This document shows positions 1 to 8,360 of a DNA stretch of 64,000 nucleotides, piece after piece. The stretch comes from a virus (taxonomy: Duplodnaviria; Caudoviricetes), in the IMG/VR virus record IMGVR_UViG_3300021255_000094, positions 2,896-66,895 of that record; one strand, written 5' to 3'. The position numbers were made by a program, and so were the translations under genes. Each line of letters begins with the position of its first letter. The stretch's first letter is position 1. The notes beneath the pieces are model-generated. The model did not search any database and was not told where the DNA came from. It saw only the letters and a program-made list of their open reading frames with translations.

Positions 1-126
1 CCACAAGGTACTTATATGTTAGCGACTGGTACACACGTAATCGCAGTTGAAGATGGACAGTATTATGACAGTTGGGATAGTGGTAGTGAGGTAATAACAT
101 CTTATTGGCAAAGAGAGGAGAAGTAA
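1..126 (+). CDS. 3' end of conserved phage hypothetical protein (partial)
   Basis: Frame 1 reads PQGTYMLATGTHVIAVEDGQYYDSWDSGSEVITSYWQREEK*; H-V-x-A-V-x-D-G-x-Y-Y-D-S-W-D-S-G pattern recognised from phage proteins. Confidence 0.7.
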   Translation, partial: PQGTYMLATGTHVIAVEDGQYYDSWDSGSEVITSYWQREEK

Positions 127-128
127 TT

Positions 129-584
129 ATGGCAATTTATAACTATGGTTTACCAGCACCAAACTATCAGCAACCTATCCCTTATCAGCAACAATACCCA
201 CAAGTACAACAAACAGTTTCTAACACACCTATAACTAATAATAGGTCAGCTGGAATTATATGGGTACAAGGTGAAGCTGGTGCAAAAGCATATCCAGTAG
301 CACCTGGAAATAGTGTACTGCTAATGGATAGTGAAAGTGATGTTTTTTATATCAAGTCAACAGATGCTAGCGGTATACCAGCACCATTAAGAGTATTTAA
401 TTATTCAGAGATTGTACAGACTCAAGTTGAAGAACCTAAACAAGAACAGATAGATACATCACAGTTCGTAACTCGTGGCGAATTAGATGAGTTAAGAGCT
501 ATGATAGAAAGCTTAAAGCCAAAGACAATGAATAGAAAGGAGAACAAGAATGAATCAACTGTATCAAGAAACACAAAGCAATAA
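129..584 (+). CDS. Hypothetical protein, Gln/Pro/Tyr-rich N-terminus plus conserved WVQGEAGAKAYPV domain
   Basis: ORF track 105..584; GAGGAG RBS before ATG 129. Confidence 0.8.
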   Translation: MAIYNYGLPAPNYQQPIPYQQQYPQVQQTVSNTPITNNRSAGIIWVQGEAGAKAYPVAPGNSVLLMDSESDVFYIKSTDASGIPAPLRVFNYSEIVQTQVEEPKQEQIDTSQFVTRGELDELRAMIESLKPKTMNRKENKNESTVSRNTKQ

Positions 585-750
585 TATGATGAACAGATTA
601 CAACAGATTATTCAGAAGTTTAACATACCTCAACAAATGCAGAATGACCCACATCAGATAGTTGATTATTTAGTACAGAACGGAAGTGTCAGTCAAGACA
701 GACTTAATCAAGCTATTCAGATGGCGCAGAAGATGGGTATTAAGTTATAG
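550..750 (+). CDS. Small Gln/Asn/Met-rich hypothetical protein
   Basis: ORF with AAGGAG RBS. Confidence 0.75.
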   Translation: MNQLYQETQSNNMMNRLQQIIQKFNIPQQMQNDPHQIVDYLVQNGSVSQDRLNQAIQMAQKMGIKL

Positions 751-798
751 GTAATACTTGCAAGTTTACATAATATATTTTAAAAGGAGGATAATACT

Positions 799-1632
799 AT
801 GTCATTATCTAATGGTTCTAATGAACTTGTAATGCCAGTTGCTCCAATGTATGGAGGCGGTCAAGGTGGCTTTGGCTCTTGGGGCGGAGATGGCTGGTGG
901 ATAATTCTACTGCTTCTTTTTGCAGGCGGTGGATGGGGCAACGGCTTCGGAGGAGGTTATGGAAATATGATGTTAGGATATGATTTTCCTTGGCTTCTTA
1001 ATGGACAGTCTGGAATTAACAACAACACAAACAATGGATTCCAGAACGCTATGCTCAACGATAACATCACTTCTATTAGAGATGGTATTGCTTCACTAAG
1101 TACACAGCTTTGCAACTGCTGTGGAGATATGCAGATGTCACTAGCTAATGGTTTCGCCGGAGTAGAGCAAGGCGCAAATGCTAGACAGATGGCTAATATG
1201 CAGTCAATGTTTGGTATTCAGTCACAGCTCCAGGATTGTTGCTGTGAAAACAGAGCTAATATAGCAGACCTCAAGTACACAGTTGCAACGGAAAACTGTG
1301 CAGATAGAACACAGAGTATGCAGAACACAAGAGATATTATAGAGTCTCAGACAAGAAGCACTCAGGCAGTCCTTGATAAGCTATGTCAGCTTGAGCTTGA
1401 TGGATTTAAGCGTGAGAATGATAACCTTAGAAGTCAGCTTAATATGGCTACTCTTAGAGAATCACAGACAGCACAGAACGCATTTATCCAGCAAGGTTTC
1501 AGTAATGAGGTAGATGAGCTGTATAATCGACTTTCCAACTGCCCAGTGCCATCAACGCCTGTTTATGGACGCACACCTATATTCACGTGCAACAACAATG
1601 GTTGCGGATGCGGTTGTAATGGAAACTTCTAG
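799..1632 (+). CDS. Gly-rich, single-hydrophobic-segment, Cys-cluster coiled-coil protein
   Basis: AAGGAGG RBS; GWWIILLLLFAGGGWG segment; LCNCC, QDCCCEN, CGCGCN clusters. Confidence 0.85.
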   Translation: MSLSNGSNELVMPVAPMYGGGQGGFGSWGGDGWWIILLLLFAGGGWGNGFGGGYGNMMLGYDFPWLLNGQSGINNNTNNGFQNAMLNDNITSIRDGIASLSTQLCNCCGDMQMSLANGFAGVEQGANARQMANMQSMFGIQSQLQDCCCENRANIADLKYTVATENCADRTQSMQNTRDIIESQTRSTQAVLDKLCQLELDGFKRENDNLRSQLNMATLRESQTAQNAFIQQGFSNEVDELYNRLSNCPVPSTPVYGRTPIFTCNNNGCGCGCNGNF

Positions 1633-1643
1633 GAGGTGACACT

Positions 1644-2120
1644 ATGGCAGAGTTTACGAATAATCCAGTACAGCTAGTACAACCTAATCAAGTAGTAACT
1701 TTACAGACTACAATAGGGTGTCCTAAAGGCTATGTGCTTCATAGAAATGGAAGTGGAATTGTAACTCTACGTGGTTGTACTAACAACTGTTTTGCTAGGT
1801 ATCAAGTCACTTTTAATGGAAACATAGGTATTCCTGATGGTGGAACAGCACCAGCTCCTATATCTGTTGCAATAGCAATAGATGGCGAGCCAGTGCTTAC
1901 TAGCAAAGCAATAGTAACTCCTGCGGCAACTGTGCCAGCTACACCACCTAATTCTAACGAGAATTACTTTAATGTAACAAGCACAGCAATAATAACAGTT
2001 CCAAAGGGTTGTTGTTTTAATATTAGTGTAGAAAATACTAGCGAGGGAACAACACCTACTACACCAGCACCAGCAATAAATGTTCAAAATGCTAACCTTA
2101 CAGTTAGTAGAATCGCATAG
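1644..2120 (+). CDS. Beta-rich Cys-containing protein, possibly BclA C-terminal/C1q-like fold
   Basis: GGAGGTG RBS; alternating beta-strand pattern ending NANLTVSRIA; fold call is by resemblance only. Confidence 0.6.
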   Translation: MAEFTNNPVQLVQPNQVVTLQTTIGCPKGYVLHRNGSGIVTLRGCTNNCFARYQVTFNGNIGIPDGGTAPAPISVAIAIDGEPVLTSKAIVTPAATVPATPPNSNENYFNVTSTAIITVPKGCCFNISVENTSEGTTPTTPAPAINVQNANLTVSRIA

Positions 2121-2132
2121 GAGGTAATCGTT

Positions 2133-2711
2133 ATGTCTAAGAGAATGTATGAGGATTTGAAAGAAATTCTTTGTCACGAGCTTAACGAGATAACTCGTAG
2201 AGGCGATATTGACAAAGAAAGTCTGGACGATGTATACAAGCTCTCAAGTGCTATCACAATGGTAGAGAGCTTAATGAAGAAAGGTCAGCAAGGCGGTATG
2301 ATGGAAGAGACATCTAATCATATGCCTATGTGGTCTTATGAGGGAAATAGTAATGAGAATTATAGGTCTAATCGTGGTATGTCTAATGAGCGTGGAGTTA
2401 CTGATGGTCGAGATATGGGCAGAAGTAGAGTTTATGCAGATAGTAGCAACAATTATAGCCAAGATGGTTCGTATGATTCATACGAAAGTTATAGAAGAGG
2501 ACGTGGAGCAGACGGCAGATATGTAAGCCGTGATTCATATGATAGTTATGATAGAGGCTCTTATGATTCTTATGACAGCTATGAAAGAGGTTATAGCAGA
2601 CATACAGCAGAACAGAAAGTAGCTGAGAAGTTAAAGGATATTCTTGAGACTACTGAAAGTCCTAAAGTAAGAGAAGCTATTAACCAAGCCATGATGAAGA
2701 TTAAACGCTAA
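2133..2711 (+). CDS. Hypothetical protein with central Ser-Tyr-Asp repeat tract
   Basis: GGAGGT RBS; repeated SYDSY and YSR motifs. Confidence 0.8.
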   Translation: MSKRMYEDLKEILCHELNEITRRGDIDKESLDDVYKLSSAITMVESLMKKGQQGGMMEETSNHMPMWSYEGNSNENYRSNRGMSNERGVTDGRDMGRSRVYADSSNNYSQDGSYDSYESYRRGRGADGRYVSRDSYDSYDRGSYDSYDSYERGYSRHTAEQKVAEKLKDILETTESPKVREAINQAMMKIKR

Positions 2712-2726
2712 TCTTCTCTCTTTATA

Positions 2727-2757
2727 GGGGAGGGTGTAAAAGCCCTCTCCAATTTTT
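2727..2757 (+). terminator. Probable intrinsic terminator
   Basis: GGGGAGGG/CCCTCTCC stem followed by AATTTTT. Confidence 0.55.
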
Positions 2758-2768
2758 AGGAGGGTGTT

Positions 2769-3158
2769 ATGTTAGATTTAGATTTAATAGAAGAAACTAT
2801 ACAAGAATTAGAACAAGAGCCTACGAGCTTCGAGAATTGCAATACACTTGCTAGCTTATATATTTGTCGAGCTTTAAATAAAAATCGAAATATGAGCTTG
2901 CTAGACACGTCAGAGAACGTGTCACACGATAATAGTTATATAGAATTAGCAGATATACTGCCAGCATATATAAGGTATGTAGATACAAAGAGAAGATACC
3001 AACAATTTGAAGTAGTTGATAAGATGTTGATATATGCTATGGAAGATGTGTGTAAAGAGCTTGTTGAATTTATAGCAGACTTATATCATAACACTGAGAC
3101 AACAGCAGAAAGAACATTGATTATAGATATGATAAATAATTTGAGAAGTGCAATTTAG
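2769..3158 (+). CDS. Hypothetical protein
   Basis: ORF with AGGAGG RBS. Confidence 0.8.
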   Translation: MLDLDLIEETIQELEQEPTSFENCNTLASLYICRALNKNRNMSLLDTSENVSHDNSYIELADILPAYIRYVDTKRRYQQFEVVDKMLIYAMEDVCKELVEFIADLYHNTETTAERTLIIDMINNLRSAI

Positions 3159-3175
3159 CACTTCTTTTTTTGTTG

Positions 3176-3204
3176 TTGACAAATGAGAAATATCGTTATA
3201 TAAT
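3176..3204 (+). promoter_or_regulatory. sigmaA-type promoter
   Basis: TTGACA(3176)-17 nt-TATAAT(3199). Confidence 0.85.
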
Positions 3205-3252
3205 GATTTCAACGTCAGATTTGACGTGAGAAAAATTCAAAAGGAGAAAACT

Positions 3253-4926
3253 ATGATAACTATAAGAATTGAAAAGAGTGACAGATGTAATGAAGAGTAT
3301 TCAATGTTTATATCGTTTGAATACAATCAGAAGATAGTAGATACAATCAGAAGCTTACCTACAAGATATTGGAACAGCGATGAGAAAGAATGGGAAGTGC
3401 CATTAAAGAAGCTACAATATTTATTAGACAATCTCAGCGACTTTGATTTTGATATTAGCGGTAAGTATGTATCACTTGAAAAGCCTAAAGCAGTTATACC
3501 TAAGAATTTCAAATTTAAGACAGAGCCATATGAGCATCAGATTGAAGGATTCAATTTTGGTTTACAGTATGACAGATGGTTGCTCGGTGATGAAATGGGA
3601 CTAGGTAAGACAAAGCAAGTTATTGATATAGCAGTTGCAAAGAAGCTGGCTAATAAATATGAGCATTGTCTTATCATCTGTGGTGTAAATGGTTTGAAGT
3701 GGAACTGGTATAATGAAGTGCTTACACATTCAGATGAGAAGCCACATATACTAGGTCAGAGAAGAAGAAAGAACGGCAATTTATTCATTGGAAGTGCAAA
3801 TGATAAACTTGAAGATATTGATGATATAAATGAACTACCTTATTTTATCATCACTAATGTTGAGACAATGAGAAATCAAGACATTGTGGAGAAACTTGTT
3901 AAGCTGTGCAAAACTAATAAGATAGGTTTAGTTGCACTTGACGAGTGTCATAAGTGTAAAGACCCTAACTCACAGCAAGGTAAAGGTATGCTCAAGATAA
4001 AAGCACAGACAATGATAGCTATGACTGGAACACCTCTTATGAATACACCGCTTGATTTATATTTCATTCTCAAGTGGCTAGGTTATGAAAGCAATTCATT
4101 CTATAAGTTTAGAAATCACTATTGTGTTATGGGTGGTTTTAATAACTATCAGATAGTATCTTATAAGCATTTAGATGAGTTGCAGGAAAGACTTAATGAC
4201 ATAATGCTTAGAAGATTAAAAGATGATGTTTTAGACTTGCCGGAAAAGATTTATGTTGATGAGTATGTTGAAATGTCAAGTAAGCAAGAAAAGATTTATA
4301 AAGAAGTATCAGCAGAAATCAAAGAGAATATAGATACAATTAAGATGGCTAATAATCCTTTAGCAGAGCTTATCAGAATGAGACAAGCTACTGGTTATAC
4401 TGGTATTCTATCAACTACTATTCAAGAATCAGCAAAGCTTGATAGAATGGAAGAGCTAGTTGAAGAAGCAGTAGAGAGTGGTAAGAAAGTAGTTGTGTTC
4501 TCTAACTGGACTCAAATGACTACACCTATTGCAAAGAGACTTAATAAGTATAACCCAGCAGTTATAACTGGAGAAATAAATGCTGATACAAGACAGCTTA
4601 TGATTGATAAGTTTCAGAATGATAATAAGTGCAAAGTTATAATAGGTACATCTGGAGCTATGGGTACTGGTCTTACACTTACAGCAGGAACAGTTGAGAT
4701 ATTCTTAGATGAGCCTTGGAATATGGCACTTAAAGAACAGTGTGTAGATAGATGTCACAGAATTGGACAGAAGAATAATCTTACTATTTATACTATTATG
4801 TGCAAGGGTACAATAGATGAGCGTGTACACGATATAGTATTATCTAAAGGCGAGTTAAGTAATGCTATTGTAGATGGTGTAATTAAAACAGATAAGTCTC
4901 AGCTATTAGATTTTCTTTTAAGTTGA
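3253..4926 (+). CDS. SNF2/SF2 helicase with HARP-like N-terminal domain
   Basis: LLGDEMGLGKT Walker A, LDECH, MTGTP, DRCHRIGQ motifs; RBS before ATG 3253. Confidence 0.92.
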   Translation: MITIRIEKSDRCNEEYSMFISFEYNQKIVDTIRSLPTRYWNSDEKEWEVPLKKLQYLLDNLSDFDFDISGKYVSLEKPKAVIPKNFKFKTEPYEHQIEGFNFGLQYDRWLLGDEMGLGKTKQVIDIAVAKKLANKYEHCLIICGVNGLKWNWYNEVLTHSDEKPHILGQRRRKNGNLFIGSANDKLEDIDDINELPYFIITNVETMRNQDIVEKLVKLCKTNKIGLVALDECHKCKDPNSQQGKGMLKIKAQTMIAMTGTPLMNTPLDLYFILKWLGYESNSFYKFRNHYCVMGGFNNYQIVSYKHLDELQERLNDIMLRRLKDDVLDLPEKIYVDEYVEMSSKQEKIYKEVSAEIKENIDTIKMANNPLAELIRMRQATGYTGILSTTIQESAKLDRMEELVEEAVESGKKVVVFSNWTQMTTPIAKRLNKYNPAVITGEINADTRQLMIDKFQNDNKCKVIIGTSGAMGTGLTLTAGTVEIFLDEPWNMALKEQCVDRCHRIGQKNNLTIYTIMCKGTIDERVHDIVLSKGELSNAIVDGVIKTDKSQLLDFLLS

Positions 4927-4952
4927 CAAACATTATAAATACGTTGTATAAT
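4923..4952 (+). promoter_or_regulatory. sigmaA-type promoter
   Basis: TTGACA(4923)-18 nt-TATAAT(4947). Confidence 0.75.
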
Positions 4953-4984
4953 GTTTAAGATAAATGTTTACGAAAGGAGGTAAA

Positions 4985-5293
4985 ATGAAAATGAGTAATA
5001 AAAAGTTTAAAGCGATTGAGGTAGCACTTCTCTTAAATATTAGTGTGCCAACACTTAATAACTGGTATCTATTCAAGAGACAGAATCCGAATAACGAATA
5101 TGCACAGATGTTACCTGACCCAATTCAAGTTGCACCTAGACAGACTAGATATTGGGACGAAGCAGATATACCAAAACTGATAGAATTTAAGTCTAATATC
5201 GTTTGGGGTAGAAGCGGATTTATGGGTTCAGTAACACAGAAATATGCAAAGTATAAAAAGGAGAGAAACAATGAAACTCAGAAAACGAATTAA
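4985..5293 (+). CDS. HTH DNA-binding protein (MerR/excisionase-like)
   Basis: EVALLLNISVPTLNNWY HTH pattern; AAGGAGG RBS. Confidence 0.65.
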   Translation: MKMSNKKFKAIEVALLLNISVPTLNNWYLFKRQNPNNEYAQMLPDPIQVAPRQTRYWDEADIPKLIEFKSNIVWGRSGFMGSVTQKYAKYKKERNNETQKTN

Positions 5294-5471
5294 ACAGTAT
5301 GATTGGAAAAACTATATTATCTATTATTCATTCTATGGCATTATGATTGCTATTATATTGTGGGCTGTTTTAAGCTATCTCAATATAATAGCACATAATA
5401 GTGCTGGTGATATGACATATGAATATTGGAAGTATAATCTATGGACACTTTTATTTGATAGGAGGGGATAA
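5271..5471 (+). CDS. Small membrane protein
   Basis: Hydrophobic segment IIYYSFYGIMIAIILWAVLSYL; AAGGAG RBS. Confidence 0.65.
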   Translation: MKLRKRIKQYDWKNYIIYYSFYGIMIAIILWAVLSYLNIIAHNSAGDMTYEYWKYNLWTLLFDRRG

Positions 5472-5472
5472 A

Positions 5473-5886
5473 ATGGCAAGAGTAAAATTAGATGTAAGTG
5501 AAACACACACATTAGATAATCTTATTCCTGCATACGCTGAGAATAAAGCTATACTAGATGATTATAAAAAGATTTGTGATAAAGAGAATAAGCAGATTAA
5601 AGAGCTTATGACAGATGATACATATGAAGCTGGCGGTTATAAAGCTACAAAGTCTGTGCAAGTACGAGAAACTATGAATGAAGATAAGTTGTTAGAGTTG
5701 TTGATAGATAAAGGTTATAAAGATACAAAGGTTATAAAGCAGAAATATTATGTAGATATGGACGCTTTAGAATCAGCAATTTATAGTGGGCAGATACCTA
5801 AAGAGGATTTGTTAGCAATAGATAAGTGTAGAGAATCTAAAGAAGTAGTTACATTAAGAATAAGCAAAATAAAGGAGAATAAGTAA
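5473..5886 (+). CDS. Hypothetical protein
   Basis: ORF track 5419..5886; GGAGG RBS before ATG 5473. Confidence 0.75.
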   Translation: MARVKLDVSETHTLDNLIPAYAENKAILDDYKKICDKENKQIKELMTDDTYEAGGYKATKSVQVRETMNEDKLLELLIDKGYKDTKVIKQKYYVDMDALESAIYSGQIPKEDLLAIDKCRESKEVVTLRISKIKENK

Positions 5887-5887
5887 T

Positions 5888-6286
5888 ATGGATTATAAGA
5901 AATTATTTGATACGCCTATTGTAGAAGTAGATAATGAATTATATACAGACATACATCCAAAGTATTCATATACAACTACATACGACCCATTTCAAGCTGA
6001 GTTTTGTGGCTCTTTCAAAGTAGTAGATACAATAATGAAAAATATACATAGTGACTTTGAATATCAGTTTTATATAAAACCTTATTTTAATATTAAGAAA
6101 GTTATATTTAACAACCCAGCTACTATTGTATATTGGGAAGATGGCACAAAGACAGTAGTTAAATGTGGTAAAGATGATACATATAGTGAAGAAGCTGGAT
6201 TAGCTTTATGTTTTATGAAGAAAGCATTAGGTAACAAAGGTAACTATAACAATACATTTAAAAAGTATATAAAGGAGAATAAATAA
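5888..6286 (+). CDS. Conserved phage protein with IKKVIFNNPATIVYWEDGTKTVVKC domain
   Basis: Recognisable phage motif; RBS present. Confidence 0.75.
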   Translation: MDYKKLFDTPIVEVDNELYTDIHPKYSYTTTYDPFQAEFCGSFKVVDTIMKNIHSDFEYQFYIKPYFNIKKVIFNNPATIVYWEDGTKTVVKCGKDDTYSEEAGLALCFMKKALGNKGNYNNTFKKYIKENK

Positions 6287-6287
6287 T

Positions 6288-6488
6288 ATGGATAATAAAT
6301 CAAGCACCACTGCGAGTGGCGGTATAGGATTTGTAGGGTTATTAACAATAGTATTTATAGTGCTTAAACTTATAAAAGTTATAAAATGGTCTTGGTTATG
6401 GGTATTAAGTCCACTTTGGATAAGTGCTATTATAGGAGTGCTAATTACTGTATGTCTTATAGTTTTTTATAGGTGGTTAAGTAAATAA
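6288..6488 (+). CDS. Small two-TM membrane protein
   Basis: GIGFVGLLTIVFIVLKL...WSWLWVLSPLW motif common in phages. Confidence 0.8.
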   Translation: MDNKSSTTASGGIGFVGLLTIVFIVLKLIKVIKWSWLWVLSPLWISAIIGVLITVCLIVFYRWLSK

Positions 6489-6504
6489 AAGGGGGGTAGA
6501 AAAT

Positions 6505-6744
6505 ATGGCAAGAACAAAGAAGTATGAAAGCAAAGCAACTACAACAACTATTAAGATAAGCAGTAGAGCAAGTGTGGGTATTCAAAAGAGAAGTGCTACA
6601 AACTATTTCACAGTAGAATATACAGAAGAAAGAACTATTCCAGAAGATGCAGATATAGAAAAAGAGCGTCAGTTATTATGGGAGACTTGTAATAATGAAG
6701 TAGATACACAGATAATAGAAATAATGGAAGCAAATAAAAAATAA
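6505..6744 (+). CDS. Hypothetical protein
   Basis: ORF with G-rich RBS. Confidence 0.7.
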   Translation: MARTKKYESKATTTTIKISSRASVGIQKRSATNYFTVEYTEERTIPEDADIEKERQLLWETCNNEVDTQIIEIMEANKK

Positions 6745-6776
6745 TTGACAAACGTGTTACATAATGATATTATAAT
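6745..6776 (+). promoter_or_regulatory. Promoter of replication operon
   Basis: TTGACA(6745)-17 nt-TGnTATTAT(6768); TATAAT also at 6771. Confidence 0.7.
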
Positions 6777-6835
6777 AGTGTCTAGTGTTCGAGTTAAGGC
6801 ACTTGTTTGGAGGGTATTCGTATCTTCTAAAAATA

Positions 6836-6939
6836 GGTTAGCTGAGTTGTTGCGGAACTTAGCAATAAGAACCTCATAACGAAGCTAACCAATAGCTTAT
6901 ATGATTGATACCGCAACTATCTTTCGTATAAGCTATTTT
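6836..6939 (+). ncRNA. Structured 5' leader of replication initiator with kissing loops
   Basis: Hairpin GCTGAGTT/AACTTAGC with loop GTTGCGG; hairpin AATAGCTTATATGA/TCGTATAAGCTATT with apical loop CCGCAAC; the two loops are exactly complementary. Confidence 0.65.
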
Positions 6940-6958
6940 AATTTATAAGGAGAATAAA

Positions 6959-7720
6959 ATGGATTCAGATAATTATGTAGTAATACACGGATGGATGTGT
7001 AATGAATTAAATTTAAAGGGAAATGATTTATTAGTATATGCATATATTTTTAGTTATAGTAGAGATGGGCAAAATAAATGTTATAGTAATCTTGATACAA
7101 TAGCTAAAACATTTAATATATCTAAACCGACTGTGATTAAATCAATAAAAAATCTTGTAGACAGCGGATATATAATTAAGCATATACATAAAGATATAAC
7201 TAAAACGAATAGTTATGAACATAATGTTGACGTAGTAAAGAATCTTTACTCACGTAGTAAAGAATCTTTACCACAGCGTAGTAAAGAATCTTTACTCAAT
7301 AATAATATACTAATATCTAAAGATATTAGTAATAATAAAAATGATATAGATAATAAAGAGATAGAGTGGTTTTTGAAAAACTATCATAGTATATGTGTTA
7401 GTTTGCCTAAAGTAATGAAGCTATCAGAAAAGAGAAAGAAAGCTATACGAAAGATATTAGATAATTTTAGTAAGGATAATATCTTAGAGTGTTTTGAGTT
7501 AGCAGAGCAAAGTGATTTTCTAAAAGGTAATAATGATAGAGGCTGGAAAGCTGATATAGACTTCATACTTAGAGAAGATAAATTTATAAATATAGTAGAG
7601 GGCAAGTATGGAGGCAGAAAGAAAACTAGAAATACAGCTAACAGCATAGAGCATTTATATGAAGGATTAAATGAACGAGCAGATAAGAAAGGAGGTAACA
7701 ATGGAACAGCGAAATTCTGA
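6959..7720 (+). CDS. Phage replication initiator (N-terminal wHTH)
   Basis: YVVIHGWM...LKGNDLLVYAYI HTH region, GWKADIDFILRE C-terminal motif, internal iterons, precedes DnaC/DnaB-like genes. Confidence 0.85.
   Translation: MDSDNYVVIHGWMCNELNLKGNDLLVYAYIFSYSRDGQNKCYSNLDTIAKTFNISKPTVIKSIKNLVDSGYIIKHIHKDITKTNSYEHNVDVVKNLYSRSKESLPQRSKESLLNNNILISKDISNNKNDIDNKEIEWFLKNYHSICVSLPKVMKLSEKRKKAIRKILDNFSKDNILECFELAEQSDFLKGNNDRGWKADIDFILREDKFINIVEGKYGGRKKTRNTANSIEHLYEGLNERADKKGGNNGTAKF
7231..7295. repeat. Three iterons, probable replication origin
   Basis: CGTAGTAAAGAATCTTTAC at 7231, 7253 and 7277, each containing the palindrome GTAAAGA-A-TCTTTAC. Confidence 0.85.
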
Positions 7721-8360
7721 GTGCTGGTATTTAGATACTTGCGAAGATGATTGCAATAAGTGTGCAGTATTCTTTCAGATGAAATATCAAATGGAGAATA
7801 GTGGTTTACCTAAAGCAAAGCAAAGCCCAATAACTTTATATCTTACTGATGATAACAGTGGAGATAAAAAAGCATTTTATAGATTAGCTGAGATTAGAAA
7901 AGATATAGTTGATTTTGTAGAGCAAGGCAAGAATCTGTATATATGCAGTTCGTGGACTGGTAATGGTAAAACAAGCTGGGCAATTAAAATGTTACATACA
8001 TACTTTCACCACACAGCAGTTGGAAACTATGATAATCTTAAAGGTATGTTTGTATCAACCACAGAGCTATTATTACAGCTAAAAGATTTTAATAACCCAT
8101 TGTCTAAAGCATACATTGAAAAATTAAAGAATGTAGACTTAGTAATATGGGACGATATAGCAGTTAGTGGTATGTCGCAGTATGATTTTACTCAATTATA
8201 TACTATAATAGATAAGCGAATACTTGCTGAAAAATCTAACATATTTACATCTAATCAGCCAACAGTAGAAGGATTTGCAGAAGTTATGGGCAACAGATTA
8301 GCAAGTAGAATCTATTATACAAGCGAGATTATAGAACTAAAGGGAAAGGATATGAGATAG
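7701..8360 (+). CDS. DnaC/IstB-like helicase loader ATPase
   Basis: GNGKT Walker A, LVIWDD Walker B, R-x-x-SR arginine finger; N-terminal Cys cluster. Confidence 0.85.
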   Translation: MEQRNSECWYLDTCEDDCNKCAVFFQMKYQMENSGLPKAKQSPITLYLTDDNSGDKKAFYRLAEIRKDIVDFVEQGKNLYICSSWTGNGKTSWAIKMLHTYFHHTAVGNYDNLKGMFVSTTELLLQLKDFNNPLSKAYIEKLKNVDLVIWDDIAVSGMSQYDFTQLYTIIDKRILAEKSNIFTSNQPTVEGFAEVMGNRLASRIYYTSEIIELKGKDMR

